Notes under the pieces: model-generated
What the model was told of the DNA's origin: nothing
Databases searched by the model: none
The model's input: only the letters and a program-made list of their open reading frames with translations
Assembly (NCBI GenBank): GCA_008632985.1
Contig: QPGO01000007.1
Span: 186,001 to 250,000, forward strand
Source: Psammoneis japonica
Taxonomy: Eukaryota
Reading direction: 5' to 3'
Length of the DNA: 64,000 nt
Shown here: in pieces, positions 13,625 through 24,335 of the stretch
How positions within the stretch are numbered: position 1 is the stretch's first letter
How the letters are laid out: the number at the start of each line of letters is the position of its first letter
Made by a program: the position numbers and the translations under genes

Positions 13625-13806
13625 CGAATAAATACCGATGTAGCCGCGTGGGGTAATGACAGTACCTTAAGCCTAAGAGTAGTAGTGATAAACCAAAGAG
13701 AACCCCATGTCGATTAGATCGTATAAGATTGTGGGAAAGAACAAACCACCAGATCGTGCGCGTCAGCCCCGGACCAGGGACTGACCGCTCCACTCAGATT
13801 TACTCG
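13625..13806 (-). repeat. 5' LTR (182 bp)
   Basis: Direct repeat of 6977-7158; retains 14 TpA sites. Confidence 0.92.
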
Positions 13807-13908
13807 GAGGAATGCACCATTGGCAAATGCGATGTGCATGCGCGCAACCCCGACCCGCCCCACACGCCGCTCCGTTCCAAACCTCGTCCGCCGGCCGCAT
13901 TCCCCACA

Positions 13909-15294
13909 ATGTCGGCAACGCCCAAAAAGAAGGCATCGTCACTTCAAGCACTACTGGATGCTCAAGAGGAGCGAAGAGGCCGTGCCAGTAGCGGCAGAGG
14001 CGTGTTGTGGAGAAGAAGCACAAGATCCAGCCAACAGCAACGACAACAACATGATATTCGACAGGATCAGCAGCGTACATTCAATTCAAAAACAACAAGT
14101 CCACCCACAAGAAACTCTCGGTGGATAGAGGAGCGCAAGAGTAGCAGGACGACCAGACGAAATAATCATAAACCTGGAAACGAGGGTCCATCGTACGAGG
14201 AACGCATGGCAAAGATTGAACGGGATGCAATTGTGCAAGCAGAGCGAGATGATAATTACAATCATGATGATGACATTTCAACGTGGGTTGAACCTCTAAT
14301 TGACGGCAAGTGTCGATACTATCAAGATCGGGATAAGAGATATCCATTCTACACCAAAGAGCGGGGGTCAGAGCTGCTGCAGCTACTCATGGATGCCAAT
14401 AAGGCTCTTCTTTTGCTGAATCAGGAACAAATCGACGAAGAGGCGGTTGCGTTCAGCAAAAACAAGAAAAAGAATGTTTCTGCTCAAGTGATTGTTGGGA
14501 TCGGTCAAGGCCTTTACGCTGAGAAACCAACATTACGAACCAAGGGTGTCACGTGGTCGACCGAGGAATACAGTCATCCCGGTCTTCAGCGCATGTACCT
14601 GCGAATGAAATCCATACAACGCTTTACCGAAATATGGGCGCTGCTGGAACGATCGGCACACATTGGTGTCTTTGACGACATCTTGGAGCAAGGCACGGGT
14701 ACAATACGAATCGCAGCTATTGGTGGTGGTCCGGGCTATGAGCTTCTCGCAAGCAAATTGTTTTTTCAAGAACGAGCGCCGAACGTGGAATTGGAATTGA
14801 TTTCCATGGATCTGTGTGCTGCCTGGAAGCCATATACGGAGCTGCTTGGCTTTCGCTTTATCCAGTACGACATCAACAATGAGGGTACCGACCCATTGGA
14901 GGCAGCGGGATTATCACGGGGAGATTTGCATTTTTGTATCGTGAGTTGTGTCATGATTTACGTGACCAACGACCAAACGTTGGATATGTTTTACAAACTT
15001 GTACACGAGGATGGAGTTCAGGCGATATTGTTGAGTGAACGAGGTGAAAAGACAAGGGCTTGTAAAATGATGCAAGATCGAGGTGGCGCCGTCATTCGAC
15101 TCATTGATCAGACGTACGGCCTGGATGAGCGACAAGCAGTCCTGTGCTCAGATGAATTTAGAAAAGCACATTTGAGGACGCCTGATGCTCTTCGTGAGAA
15201 GGACTTCAATCCTACCTTTCCAAACGTGCCGTATGAAGAGCATAAGCATGAGCGGGCTGGGTACTACGGTACATCTAATAGGTTTCATAGATAG
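13909..15294 (+). CDS. Putative class I SAM-dependent methyltransferase-fold protein with basic low-complexity N-terminus
   Basis: Long intact ORF with normal Tyr use. Motif I-like IAAIGGGPGYE, acidic end of beta2 (ISMDL), YDI, FCIVSCVMIYV. Confidence 0.7.
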   Translation: MSATPKKKASSLQALLDAQEERRGRASSGRGVLWRRSTRSSQQQRQQHDIRQDQQRTFNSKTTSPPTRNSRWIEERKSSRTTRRNNHKPGNEGPSYEERMAKIERDAIVQAERDDNYNHDDDISTWVEPLIDGKCRYYQDRDKRYPFYTKERGSELLQLLMDANKALLLLNQEQIDEEAVAFSKNKKKNVSAQVIVGIGQGLYAEKPTLRTKGVTWSTEEYSHPGLQRMYLRMKSIQRFTEIWALLERSAHIGVFDDILEQGTGTIRIAAIGGGPGYELLASKLFFQERAPNVELELISMDLCAAWKPYTELLGFRFIQYDINNEGTDPLEAAGLSRGDLHFCIVSCVMIYVTNDQTLDMFYKLVHEDGVQAILLSERGEKTRACKMMQDRGGAVIRLIDQTYGLDERQAVLCSDEFRKAHLRTPDALREKDFNPTFPNVPYEEHKHERAGYYGTSNRFHR

Positions 15295-15459
15295 TTCTGC
15301 GTGATGTTTATAAAGTAGCTGTACAAGATTGCAATTGTACTGTAGCAGTTGCGCCATCAATAGCAAACTGAAATTGCTGTGGCAAATAGAGTGTCCACCT
15401 TGTTGAAATAACCCCAGTGACAAGTATTTACATGGCACAGTTCACTCTCAAATAGCTGG

Positions 15460-16692
15460 CTAGCTCGCCGCCATTAAAGGCTCCACATCCATTTTGCTGT
15501 GCACCGCCAGGTAGCAAATCAAAAGCAATGGGTCAATGCCGGGTGCAATGGTAAGATGAAAGGCATTGACATGAACGGGATCCCTCAGCACAAAACAACA
15601 CGGCACCTCGCTCATTTCATTGGTAGCAACGCGAGTCACCACTGTGTGTGTTTGAGCATTGCCCACAAACCCATGCCGACCCTTGTACACGGCGGGTCCC
15701 CATCCCCGGCGAGTATAAACATGAAGTGACACTTCGTGTCGAATGAGCGGGCCGTCCTTTTTCACAAGTGCCCAGGCATACCACGAATCACTATAATTGT
15801 TGTTCGCAGTAGTCGTTGGAACCGCATCCGATTTGGTTTGAGATGCAAAACGGGGTTTGGGCCCATACACAATCCATGACGGTTCACTCGTCGTTGTGTG
15901 CCGACTTCGCATCACGGCAATCACATGACCGTTCCCATCTTGGAGTGTCATGTTTTGAGGACCCATTTGAACCGACAGTACATTGCCATAGGGAGATCCG
16001 TTTGAGGTTTGAATTTGATATTCTCCCAAACCAAAGTACGGATCAAAGCTGCAGTCATCCGCAGGACGATACGATTCGACTATACGGAGACGAATCGGTC
16101 GACCCGATTCAAAGGACGGTAAGGTATTGATGCGTCGTCGTCTGCGTGGTGATATATTACGTGGTGAGGATTCGACTCTGCCCTTGATCAAGACACCGTG
16201 ATGAATCAGTGCGGGAGATGTTTGACTTTCTTCTTGTGATGAAGTTCTTGACAATGATTCATCTTCTGTGTCATCCTGAAATAAGCTTTTCGGTGTAATC
16301 GATCCCACGCTTTCGCTTTCTTCTTCTTCATAGAAGTAGTTTCGATTGCTCATGACGAGAGTTTTATCGCTGGTAGAACAGGTTCGTTCTGAGAAAAGCG
16401 AAGACTCTGACGGAGATACGGTAAGCAGCGGAGGAGGTGTTTTGATTCTTGAATTTCGAACATGATCTGTTGACGGTAACCAATACGCAGATCCGAGATA
16501 GGGCGGTTCCGATGGATGGAGTTTCTCCAAGTTGAATGCGGACTTTTGTGAAGGATAACCACAGGGCAAACTCGGAGGGCTACTGTATGAAGTCGTCCAT
16601 TCCATTACATCTTCGTCCGCAGCAACATCCCCCGCACAATGTTTCCATGCGTCCGTATCGCTCAAGAGCAAGCTACTTGTCGTGCATCCCAT
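15460..16692 (-). CDS. Tubby-C/LURP-one-like domain protein, N-terminal MGC lipidation motif
   Basis: Starts MGCTTS, Ser-rich linker, C-terminal beta-rich domain ending FHLTIAPGIDPLLLICYLAV. Confidence 0.65.
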   Translation of the reverse strand: MGCTTSSLLLSDTDAWKHCAGDVAADEDVMEWTTSYSSPPSLPCGYPSQKSAFNLEKLHPSEPPYLGSAYWLPSTDHVRNSRIKTPPPLLTVSPSESSLFSERTCSTSDKTLVMSNRNYFYEEEESESVGSITPKSLFQDDTEDESLSRTSSQEESQTSPALIHHGVLIKGRVESSPRNISPRRRRRINTLPSFESGRPIRLRIVESYRPADDCSFDPYFGLGEYQIQTSNGSPYGNVLSVQMGPQNMTLQDGNGHVIAVMRSRHTTTSEPSWIVYGPKPRFASQTKSDAVPTTTANNNYSDSWYAWALVKKDGPLIRHEVSLHVYTRRGWGPAVYKGRHGFVGNAQTHTVVTRVATNEMSEVPCCFVLRDPVHVNAFHLTIAPGIDPLLLICYLAVHSKMDVEPLMAAS

Positions 16693-17337
16693 GGTGACTG
16701 CCCCGTACGTATGTGATGAGTCCGAGCAATCCACAATACACTGGCAGTCGCAGTTGTTTCCATCCAACGGAAACGCATTTTTGCCTTTTGACGCGCGTTG
16801 AAGAGTCTCAACGATTTGAATTTGCTTTTCCCGCCAAAAAAAGTGAGGATCAGATAAGTCAGTTTTGATATTGAAGCTACAATCATTAATAAAACAAAAA
16901 ACCAACGTTCTGTAATTAGAAAATTTGTTAGTCTATCATTGGCATTAACTTATATCAATCAATGAAGCTAATATATCGAACGTTACCCGCAACTGCTGGT
17001 CAGAGTACGTTACGGAGTCGTGTGGGCTGTTGTCAAATTCATATTAAACCGTGAATACTTTCTCATCAATTATTCTAAAGGGATGTCGATCTCAATACGT
17101 CGCGTCAGAAACGGTGTTCGCGCTTCCATTATTTACCGTTACTTTTGAAAAACTGGCAGGGTCGGCAAGGGGTCGGTCCGGGAAACTTGATGGCACTTTT
17201 TCCTCACAAAAACATGCTGGCATCTTGTGTCAAAGAAGCGTTCATCATCCAGAGCAAAGCATACTACAGTACTTTATCAACAAGTAACACGCAAAGCTCC
17301 CGCGCATCGTACTCTTTCACTTCCTCGAGATTTTAAC

Positions 17338-18144
17338 ATGGAGCCGACGATTTTTCCCATCACTCAAGATAACATTCACCAAGCTGTACGTGACTGGGTA
17401 TCCAACCGAACACATGCCGAATCGCTATACGGCCACATTGAAGATTGGGACGTTTCCCGTGTTCGGTCCATGAATGGTCTCTTTGACGCCTTGGATGGAT
17501 TTCCCGGCTTTGCACACTTTAATGAAGACATTTCCCGTTGGAATACTCGAAATGTAAAAGACATGCAGCTCATGTTTCGCTACGCCACAAAGTTTGATAA
17601 AGACATTTCCGGTTGGAAGACCGCCAAGGTCATTCGAATGGACGCCATGTTTCACGGTGCTACGTCGTTTAATCAAAACATTTCATCGTGGAACACGACG
17701 AGTGTTAGACACATGCAAGAAATGTTTAGGGAAGCGTGGTCGTTCAATTACGATTTGTCGGAATGGGACGTGGATAATGTCTTTGATTTGAGCTACATGT
17801 TTCATGGCGCCCGTTCGTTTGATCAAGAGATTTGTTGGCGCACTCGAACCGAGCAGAACGATGCCGACGTTCTCAATATGTTTTGTGGCAGCCAGGGTGA
17901 TTTCGAACACAAGTGCCTCAAAAAGGATGAGGCGGACCAAATTGTTGCCGAGTCTCGTCAGGATTGCGCAACCCCTGCAGCAACGGTTCAGACCGCAACG
18001 CCAACCATGTCGCCCACTCAAGGATGCGATGAAGGCAACCTAGTTTGTCTTAATGGTGGTCAGTGTCTACTCCTTTTAATAGGTTGGAGATGCGTATGTC
18101 CCGAAGATTATGCGGGTGAATTTTGTGAGAAAAGCTTAAATTGA
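17338..18144 (+). CDS. DUF285/BspA-type repeat surface protein with C-terminal EGF-like domain
   Basis: YGHIEDWDVSRV and repeated FNxDISxWNTxxVxxMxxMF units. C-terminal CLNGGQC...CVCPEDYAGEFCE. The true start may be further upstream. Confidence 0.9.
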   Translation: MEPTIFPITQDNIHQAVRDWVSNRTHAESLYGHIEDWDVSRVRSMNGLFDALDGFPGFAHFNEDISRWNTRNVKDMQLMFRYATKFDKDISGWKTAKVIRMDAMFHGATSFNQNISSWNTTSVRHMQEMFREAWSFNYDLSEWDVDNVFDLSYMFHGARSFDQEICWRTRTEQNDADVLNMFCGSQGDFEHKCLKKDEADQIVAESRQDCATPAATVQTATPTMSPTQGCDEGNLVCLNGGQCLLLLIGWRCVCPEDYAGEFCEKSLN

Positions 18145-18329
18145 GACAGGAGCAACTTCTACCAGTAGTATCATAGAGTGTCAACTGGAATTGCCATGAC
18201 AGTTGTACATCAAACCTAATGCGTGAATAGCACATATGAAAAGAGCATTCAGAAATAGACTTCTTGCATTGAAATGTAGCTAAGATCACTGTAGCATAGC
18301 CAGAGGCGCTGTTCTGTAATTAGCGCAGC

Positions 18330-21150
18330 CAATTGATTTCACCATTGTTCTCCCTCTACATTGTGCTTTTGTGCACAGGATGCTTGGCAAACCAAGTGAT
18401 TGAGATGGCTGCAGGAGGCAACTGGGTCAGAATGAGAATGAACCACATGACAACATGCAGGGGGATGCCACAAAAAGAGCAAAACCCATGACGTAAGAAC
18501 AGCACATGACCCATGTTTCATTTGACAAGACATTTGTTCCACTTGTTTGTCATGCACAACCATTGATGGCGGGAATGTCATTGTTGGTCATGAACTCAAA
18601 TTGTCCAAGAGCAGCTTTTCCAGTGCCAAATCTTTGTCCAAGCCAAAGAGTCCTTCAAGAGCAACTTGTCCAAGTTCAAAATCATCCAAATCAAAGTCTT
18701 GGATGCTGAACATGAAAGACAGTTGTGCTGATTGAGAGACATTTGCTCCACTTGTGCTTGTTGCACGTGGCTGCAAACTCTGTGCATGTGAAACAGCACC
18801 CGCTGCACACCAGCCATGGTCAAAATGTTTGAAAACATGGAGCAATTCTGACATGACAAAATGCTGCATTTTTCTTTGCAGCAGTTGCCAACTTTGTGCA
18901 TTTGTTTGACCATGAAATGTTGGTGTTGAGAGGCCCCAGTGGCCGAGGGTCTCTGGGTTTGTTCAAAGTCAATCCACCAAATTCAGACTTGAGCAAAAAA
19001 TGCACTGAGGTTGGCTGGGCCAAGTTTGACAAATTGGAACAAGAGCAAGGATTGGATGATGCAGCATGAAAGTGTGCTTTAGCATTTGGTGTTGCAGGCT
19101 TGTGCTTTGGAAGACTTGTGTTTGTTCTCGTCTTTTTTGAAGCAGTGTGCTGCTCCATTGCTCTGCAGCAAAAACTTGGTGAGTTTGTCGTCAACCATGT
19201 GCAGCATGCATGCAGACAAAAGGTTGTTTTTGTCACGCCCTTTGTGACATTTAAAGGCTGCAACACGGCACCGTGATGCATTGACTCTCATTGGCAGCTG
19301 TGCGTTGCACTCCTCCCCATGTGTCACGCGTCCATGTGGCTCTTTGCTAACGTGTGCTGACACTGCACGGTTTTGGCGGAACAGTGTGGGTGCGCACGAA
19401 GGAACGTGCAGAACTGCACAGAGTTTTACGCGTTCGACAGTGATCAACGTTGCTGCAGACAACTCCCACTCAGGGTTTCGAACCCCTGGCCTCCTGCCCA
19501 GTGGTTGCGATGTGCCACTCCGCTGTGAATTCACAATGCAGCATGCATGCAGACAAAAGGTCATTTTTGTCATGCCCTTTGTGACGTTTGAGACGGGCCG
19601 TCGTCTTGTTTTTTTTGCACGTCTTTTCTGGGTTTTTACGCGTTTTTGACAGGTCGCGACAGAAAACAACACGACAAAAGCACGAGTGACAATGACGATG
19701 TTCGCGACGAGCGGTGAGTTGCAAAGCATCACCTCACGAGGGATGCTCATTGGTTTTGTTGTCGTCACACAGCTCAGATTGATTTGCATGCTTTCGTCCC
19801 TCGTTGCCACTGGGCCAATTTTGAGAGATGGCGCAATTGCCATCATCGTCGTGCTTCGATCGCGGTGCCTGATGTTCTCGTTTTCGTTGGCGATCGAACA
19901 ATTCTTGCATTTAAAATTGACAATGACGAAATAATGGCATTCAAACACATTGCCAATTTCAGGACAAACGCGGAAAAAATGGGTCGGCGGTCCCCCTCAA
20001 AGGCTGCAACACGTCGCCGTGATGCATTGACTCTCATTGGCAGCTGCGTGTTGCACATGATCCAAGTTTTCCCAGCCCTGCAGTCTGTGTGGCATGGATG
20101 GGACAAGTGCGCAGTGTCACAAACTCTTCTTGTGGCTGAGAGGGACATCCTTTGGTTGTCTGCAGGGTGCTTCAATCAGTGCATGTGCTGTGACCGTTGC
20201 AGACACTGCAAGAACAGAACAAGGCACACACAGAGAGAGTGCGCACAACAAGGCTCAAGAGTGAGAAAAGCACAAGGAGCTGGAGAGCAGCAAGCCATGG
20301 ATTGTGAAAAAGAGCTTCAGTGAAGAGAAGGAAGAGTGGATGGAGAGAGGTGCACAATGTGCTCTTGAGCAACAAGCCCTCCCCGGGCCAGATCACTGGC
20401 GGGGGTGTGCGCGAGGAGAGAACAGAGCCAGCATGCTTTGCAAGACTTGGCTCTTGGAGCCACAATCTTGCTGGTGAAGGAAAGTGCCCAGTTGTCATGC
20501 ACAATGTGTTTTCCACCAATGCTGAATTTTGCTCTCATCATGACAAGTGAGACAATGGCTGAGCAGGCAAAGCTCAAGAAGAGTCATTTGGTGCCCACCT
20601 GAGGTGGGCGCTTTTTGCAATTGAGGGAAACAAACAATTTCCATGTTTCCACAAGTCAACCAGCCAATGCTTTTTTGTGGTCTTTGTCATTGTCAGTGCC
20701 TCCACAGTTTGTTCAATCCTCTTCTTTCAGCGCACAAATGCTCACCAGCTTGTGTGCACCTGGCGGGTGGGCACTCGGGCGCAGTCGGCGGTGGGCCAGC
20801 TCTGCATGTGCAAAGCTCAATGAAGCTGGATTCTTCCTGCCAAAGAAGAAGGAGGGTTACGGAGACTTGCAGTCTCAGCTTGAGATGGACAACTCTCCAA
20901 AAGATGCAAGTTGCTCGAATGGCTGCTGCGTGGTGGCCTGCGCTGCTGTGAGAGCTTGGACCACATCATTGTGCCTCTCCACAGAAGTGTGATGACAAGG
21001 AATTTCACTTCTCCAAATCACCACATGGGCCATCATCACTTTTAGAGTGTCACCCTCAGAGCAAACGAAATGAAAGATGTCTTTTCTTGAGTGATCGTGC
21101 TTGCTGCGATGAGCCACTGGTTGTTTGTCAGGGCTCTGCGCACACGCACT
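18330..21150. repeat. Degenerate unclassified repeat/TE block with internal duplications
   Basis: TpA-depleted. ~50-bp segments duplicated at 19200/19538 and 19254/20000. No credible ORF. Confidence 0.6.
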
Positions 21151-21373
21151 CGCTCGGAGTTTACCTCTAGTAGAGTTAGTCCAGAGTGCGTATGGATATT
21201 TTGCTTTTGATGCCGACTCGGAGAACGGAAGCAGCAGCGGATCTTGTCACTTGTCACTCATCATTCCCATTCTGACACCGGTATGTTGTGGGTGTTTGTT
21301 TGACAGATCACCGTAACAACCACAGCAACCACCACCACATGTCCGAACCCAAAAAGGTCTAATTGACAACACG

Positions 21374-22690
21374 ATGACTACTAAAACAGTCCACAAAGCC
21401 GCCGTCCTTCATTTTTTGTCCGATCCTGATGTGGACGGCGACCAAGCCTACGAATTCTACTCGGATGGTGCTCTGGTAGTAGTCGACGATCAGATAGCTC
21501 AAGTCGGGCCGGCCGAAGCCATTATGGCCGAACATAGCGATGCTGCATCAGTAGTGGACCACGGCCAAAACCATTTAATCATGCCTGGCTTGATTGACAC
21601 CCATATTCATTTCCCCCAAGTAGAGATCATCGGTTCGTATGGAGACCAGCTCTTGGATTGGTTGAACAATTATACCTTCCCCGCCGAACAACAATTTAAA
21701 GACAAGGACTACGCTACCAAAATTGCCAACTTTTTCCTGGACGAGCTCTTTCGTAACGGAACGACCAGTGCCCTTGTCTTTGCAACGGTCCACAAGGAAT
21801 CGGCCGAAGCCTTCTTTGAAGCCAGTCTTGCTCGGAATGCTCGGATGATTTGTGGCAAGGTCATGATGGATCGGAATGCCCCCCTGTTTGATACTCCGGA
21901 AACCGGCTATCAGGAGAGCAAAGAACTGATCCAAAAGTGGCACGGCACTGGACGACAGTTGTACGCGGTCACGCCCCGTTTTGCCATAACGTCGACGGCC
22001 GAACAATTGGCCAAGGCAGGACAGTTGGTAAAAGAACACCCGGGCGTGTATATGCAAACTCATATTTCCGAAAACAAGGACGAAGTTGCCTTTGTAAAGA
22101 AGCTCTTTCCCGAAGCCAAGGATTATTTGGACGTCTATGATCAACACGGCCTGTTGGGGCCCAAGAGTGTCTTTGCTCATGGCATCCATTTGACAGATCG
22201 AGAACATCAACGTTTGCGTGAGACAGGTTCCAGTGTCTCCTTTTGTCCGACATCCAATTTGTTTTTGGGCAGTGGTTTGTTGGATCTCAAGGCCCTTCAA
22301 GCCGCCCAAGTCTTGCATTCGGTCGCCACCGACGTCGGAGGAGGTACTAGCCTCAGCATGCTTCAAACCCTCCACGAAGCCTACAAAGTCAGCCAACTCA
22401 ATCATCATAAATTGTCTCCCCTCAAGGCCCTGTACTTGGCGACCTTGGGCAATGCCAAAACACTCCAGTTGGAGGATAAGATTGGTTCCTTTCAGGTCGG
22501 GTCGGAAGCCGATTTTGTCGTCCTGGATTTTAATTGTACTCCCCTCATGGAACTCAAGCATTCCAAGTGTCGAACCTTGGCCGAAAAGTTGTTTACGATG
22601 ATTGTATTGGGAGATGATCGGGCGGTCCATGCCACCTACGTGGCGGGAAAGTGCGTGCACAATCGAGACAGCACCACTTCCTCTTCCTAG
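21374..22690 (+). CDS. guaD: Guanine deaminase (amidohydrolase family), intronless
   Basis: PGLIDTHIHFPQ, LLDWLNNYTFP, VTPRFA, QTHISEN, FAHGIHL, FCPTSNLFLGSG, ATDVGGG. Confidence 0.95.
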   Translation: MTTKTVHKAAVLHFLSDPDVDGDQAYEFYSDGALVVVDDQIAQVGPAEAIMAEHSDAASVVDHGQNHLIMPGLIDTHIHFPQVEIIGSYGDQLLDWLNNYTFPAEQQFKDKDYATKIANFFLDELFRNGTTSALVFATVHKESAEAFFEASLARNARMICGKVMMDRNAPLFDTPETGYQESKELIQKWHGTGRQLYAVTPRFAITSTAEQLAKAGQLVKEHPGVYMQTHISENKDEVAFVKKLFPEAKDYLDVYDQHGLLGPKSVFAHGIHLTDREHQRLRETGSSVSFCPTSNLFLGSGLLDLKALQAAQVLHSVATDVGGGTSLSMLQTLHEAYKVSQLNHHKLSPLKALYLATLGNAKTLQLEDKIGSFQVGSEADFVVLDFNCTPLMELKHSKCRTLAEKLFTMIVLGDDRAVHATYVAGKCVHNRDSTTSSS

Positions 22691-22949
22691 TTTGATTGTT
22701 TTCTACTTTTGACCTTACTATGCATAAAGCCTTATTGTAGTAAACTACATGGTGCTCTTTTGGGAAGCTTTGTGAGCTTAGCAACGTAAAATAGTTGTCC
22801 TCCTCGAATAGTTTCTTTACGGGCTCTCCGCTTTATTGATTATGGGATGCGTCAAGAGCTGATAGTGACACCACGGTGGCAAGAAAATCTGGAAGATTTC
22901 GCAATGGGTCCAGGTGCATTTAACAGTCACCACTCTCAGAACCAATCCA

Positions 22950-23990
22950 CTTTGAGATGGCTCCTAGGAAATGGGTAAGCCACAGCAGTCAATGCGTCAC
23001 ACATGCTGATTGCCAATGGTCAACTAATCCACTCCCTTGTCATCCAGGCAATTGCACCATCCCTTGAAAAAACAAAAAAGTTCTGCATCGCATCTTCACC
23101 GCAGGAAATGTCTTGAGTGAATGCTGAAAGTCATTCAAGGCATTTCCTCACTTGTCATCATGGAGTTTGCCAAATTGTGAGGAACACAACACCAGGGTTT
23201 GTGACAGCATCCAAGTTCTTGATGCAGGATTGAGAGCTCTTCTTTGAGAGGCAGTGCTCTGTTTGAGATCTGCAATCTTGCTGCAGCAGAGCCAACACGG
23301 CAATGTGGACCTGTGCACTGTTGCAGCTGGAACATGTCAAAGTTGCCCCAAAGGCAATGGCATCTGCCATGATGTTGCAGCTCAATGAAGCAATGGTGTG
23401 GCATGAAAGCAACTTCTTTGTTTTCTCTGCGTTTCATGTGCGAAAACGTTGTGAGAGATTCCAAGAGATTTTTTTCTGGCGTGTGACAGATTTGAGCCAT
23501 GTTGCATGTCACCCCCAATGACTGTTCAGAGCTGTCAATGTGTCAATTGTCAATGCACAGATGTGGACACATCACTTGTCAGCCCTTGGTGTGTGGGGCA
23601 CTCTCACAAGAGCCCCACCGTCACCACCCCTGCACACGAGCTCTCACAAGTTATGTCATGATGATCCGACGACCATGTGATCATGATGCACTGCTTGACA
23701 GCAGATCATTGCTCACATTCATGCATGCTAATTTGTGTGCAGCAAATGCATTGATTGCACAAGCAACTTGCGTGCCGGAACACTGTGATGTCATGGCAAA
23801 AAAGGTCAGGGCCTCTCTCTCCTTTTTTGTTGCTGGCTGACATGATGCCCAGCACTCCAGCAGTCTTCTGAGCATGTTGCGACTCTGATGAAGTGCCACT
23901 GAGACAAGTGAGAAACAGACAAAGAGAATGATTACAGAACGGGAACAAACAGGTTCTAAATGCAATTGTGAGAGTGTCATTCTAACACCT
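22950..23990. repeat. Degenerate TpA/CpG-depleted repeat remnant
   Basis: Composition shifts abruptly between guaD and BiP; no credible ORF. Confidence 0.55.
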
Positions 23991-24335
23991 TAAGAGTTAG
24001 CCCAGCTGCTGTGCAAACGGACCGGCAAGCAATGCGCGGCGGCGCGGCTCGTTGGCATGCGCCGGATCTAAAGTCGCGCGAAAGATCGCGCAGACAAATG
24101 CCAAGTTTTCGGCGAGGCGCAAGGCGCAATTCACAATGGCGTCATCGCACTTGCATTGCGACTTCTGCACCGGTTGTGTTTTACAGGCTTCGTAGCCTAC
24201 CTCCAATATAGCTTAACATCAGTGTTTCTTGACTTTCCTGAACGAATTGTCATTGGAACTTTCTGAAACATAACCGCAATCTTGCCCGATAGCCAGCCTA
24301 CTACACGAGCGAGAAATCATTGCATTTCAAGCATA

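Larger units (their letters stand above)
6977..13806 (-). mobile_element. Full-length Ty1/copia (CoDi-like) LTR retrotransposon, ~6.8 kb, inactivated
   Basis: Two 182-bp direct repeats, gag, PR-IN-RT-RNaseH in copia order, PBS-like sequence, and duplicated flank GAGG (6973-6976 / 13807-13810). Confidence 0.95.

Noticed and set aside
6977..13806. Classical fungal RIP explaining the LTR differences (CA->TA in the 5' LTR)
   Set aside because: Conserved protein motifs polarise the change as Tyr->Cys/His, i.e. TA lost, and the repeats are TA-poor rather than TA-rich.
13729..13908. LTR-derived N-terminal extension of the methyltransferase-like gene
   Set aside because: It starts at a non-ATG codon inside the LTR; the ATG at 13909 is the more plausible start.
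21575..22660. 361-aa antisense ORF over guaD
   Set aside because: Shadow ORF caused by the codon bias of the sense gene.
21374..22690. Guanine deaminase as the mutator
   Set aside because: Amidohydrolase-family GuaD acts on the free base guanine and would not produce A:T->G:C changes in DNA.
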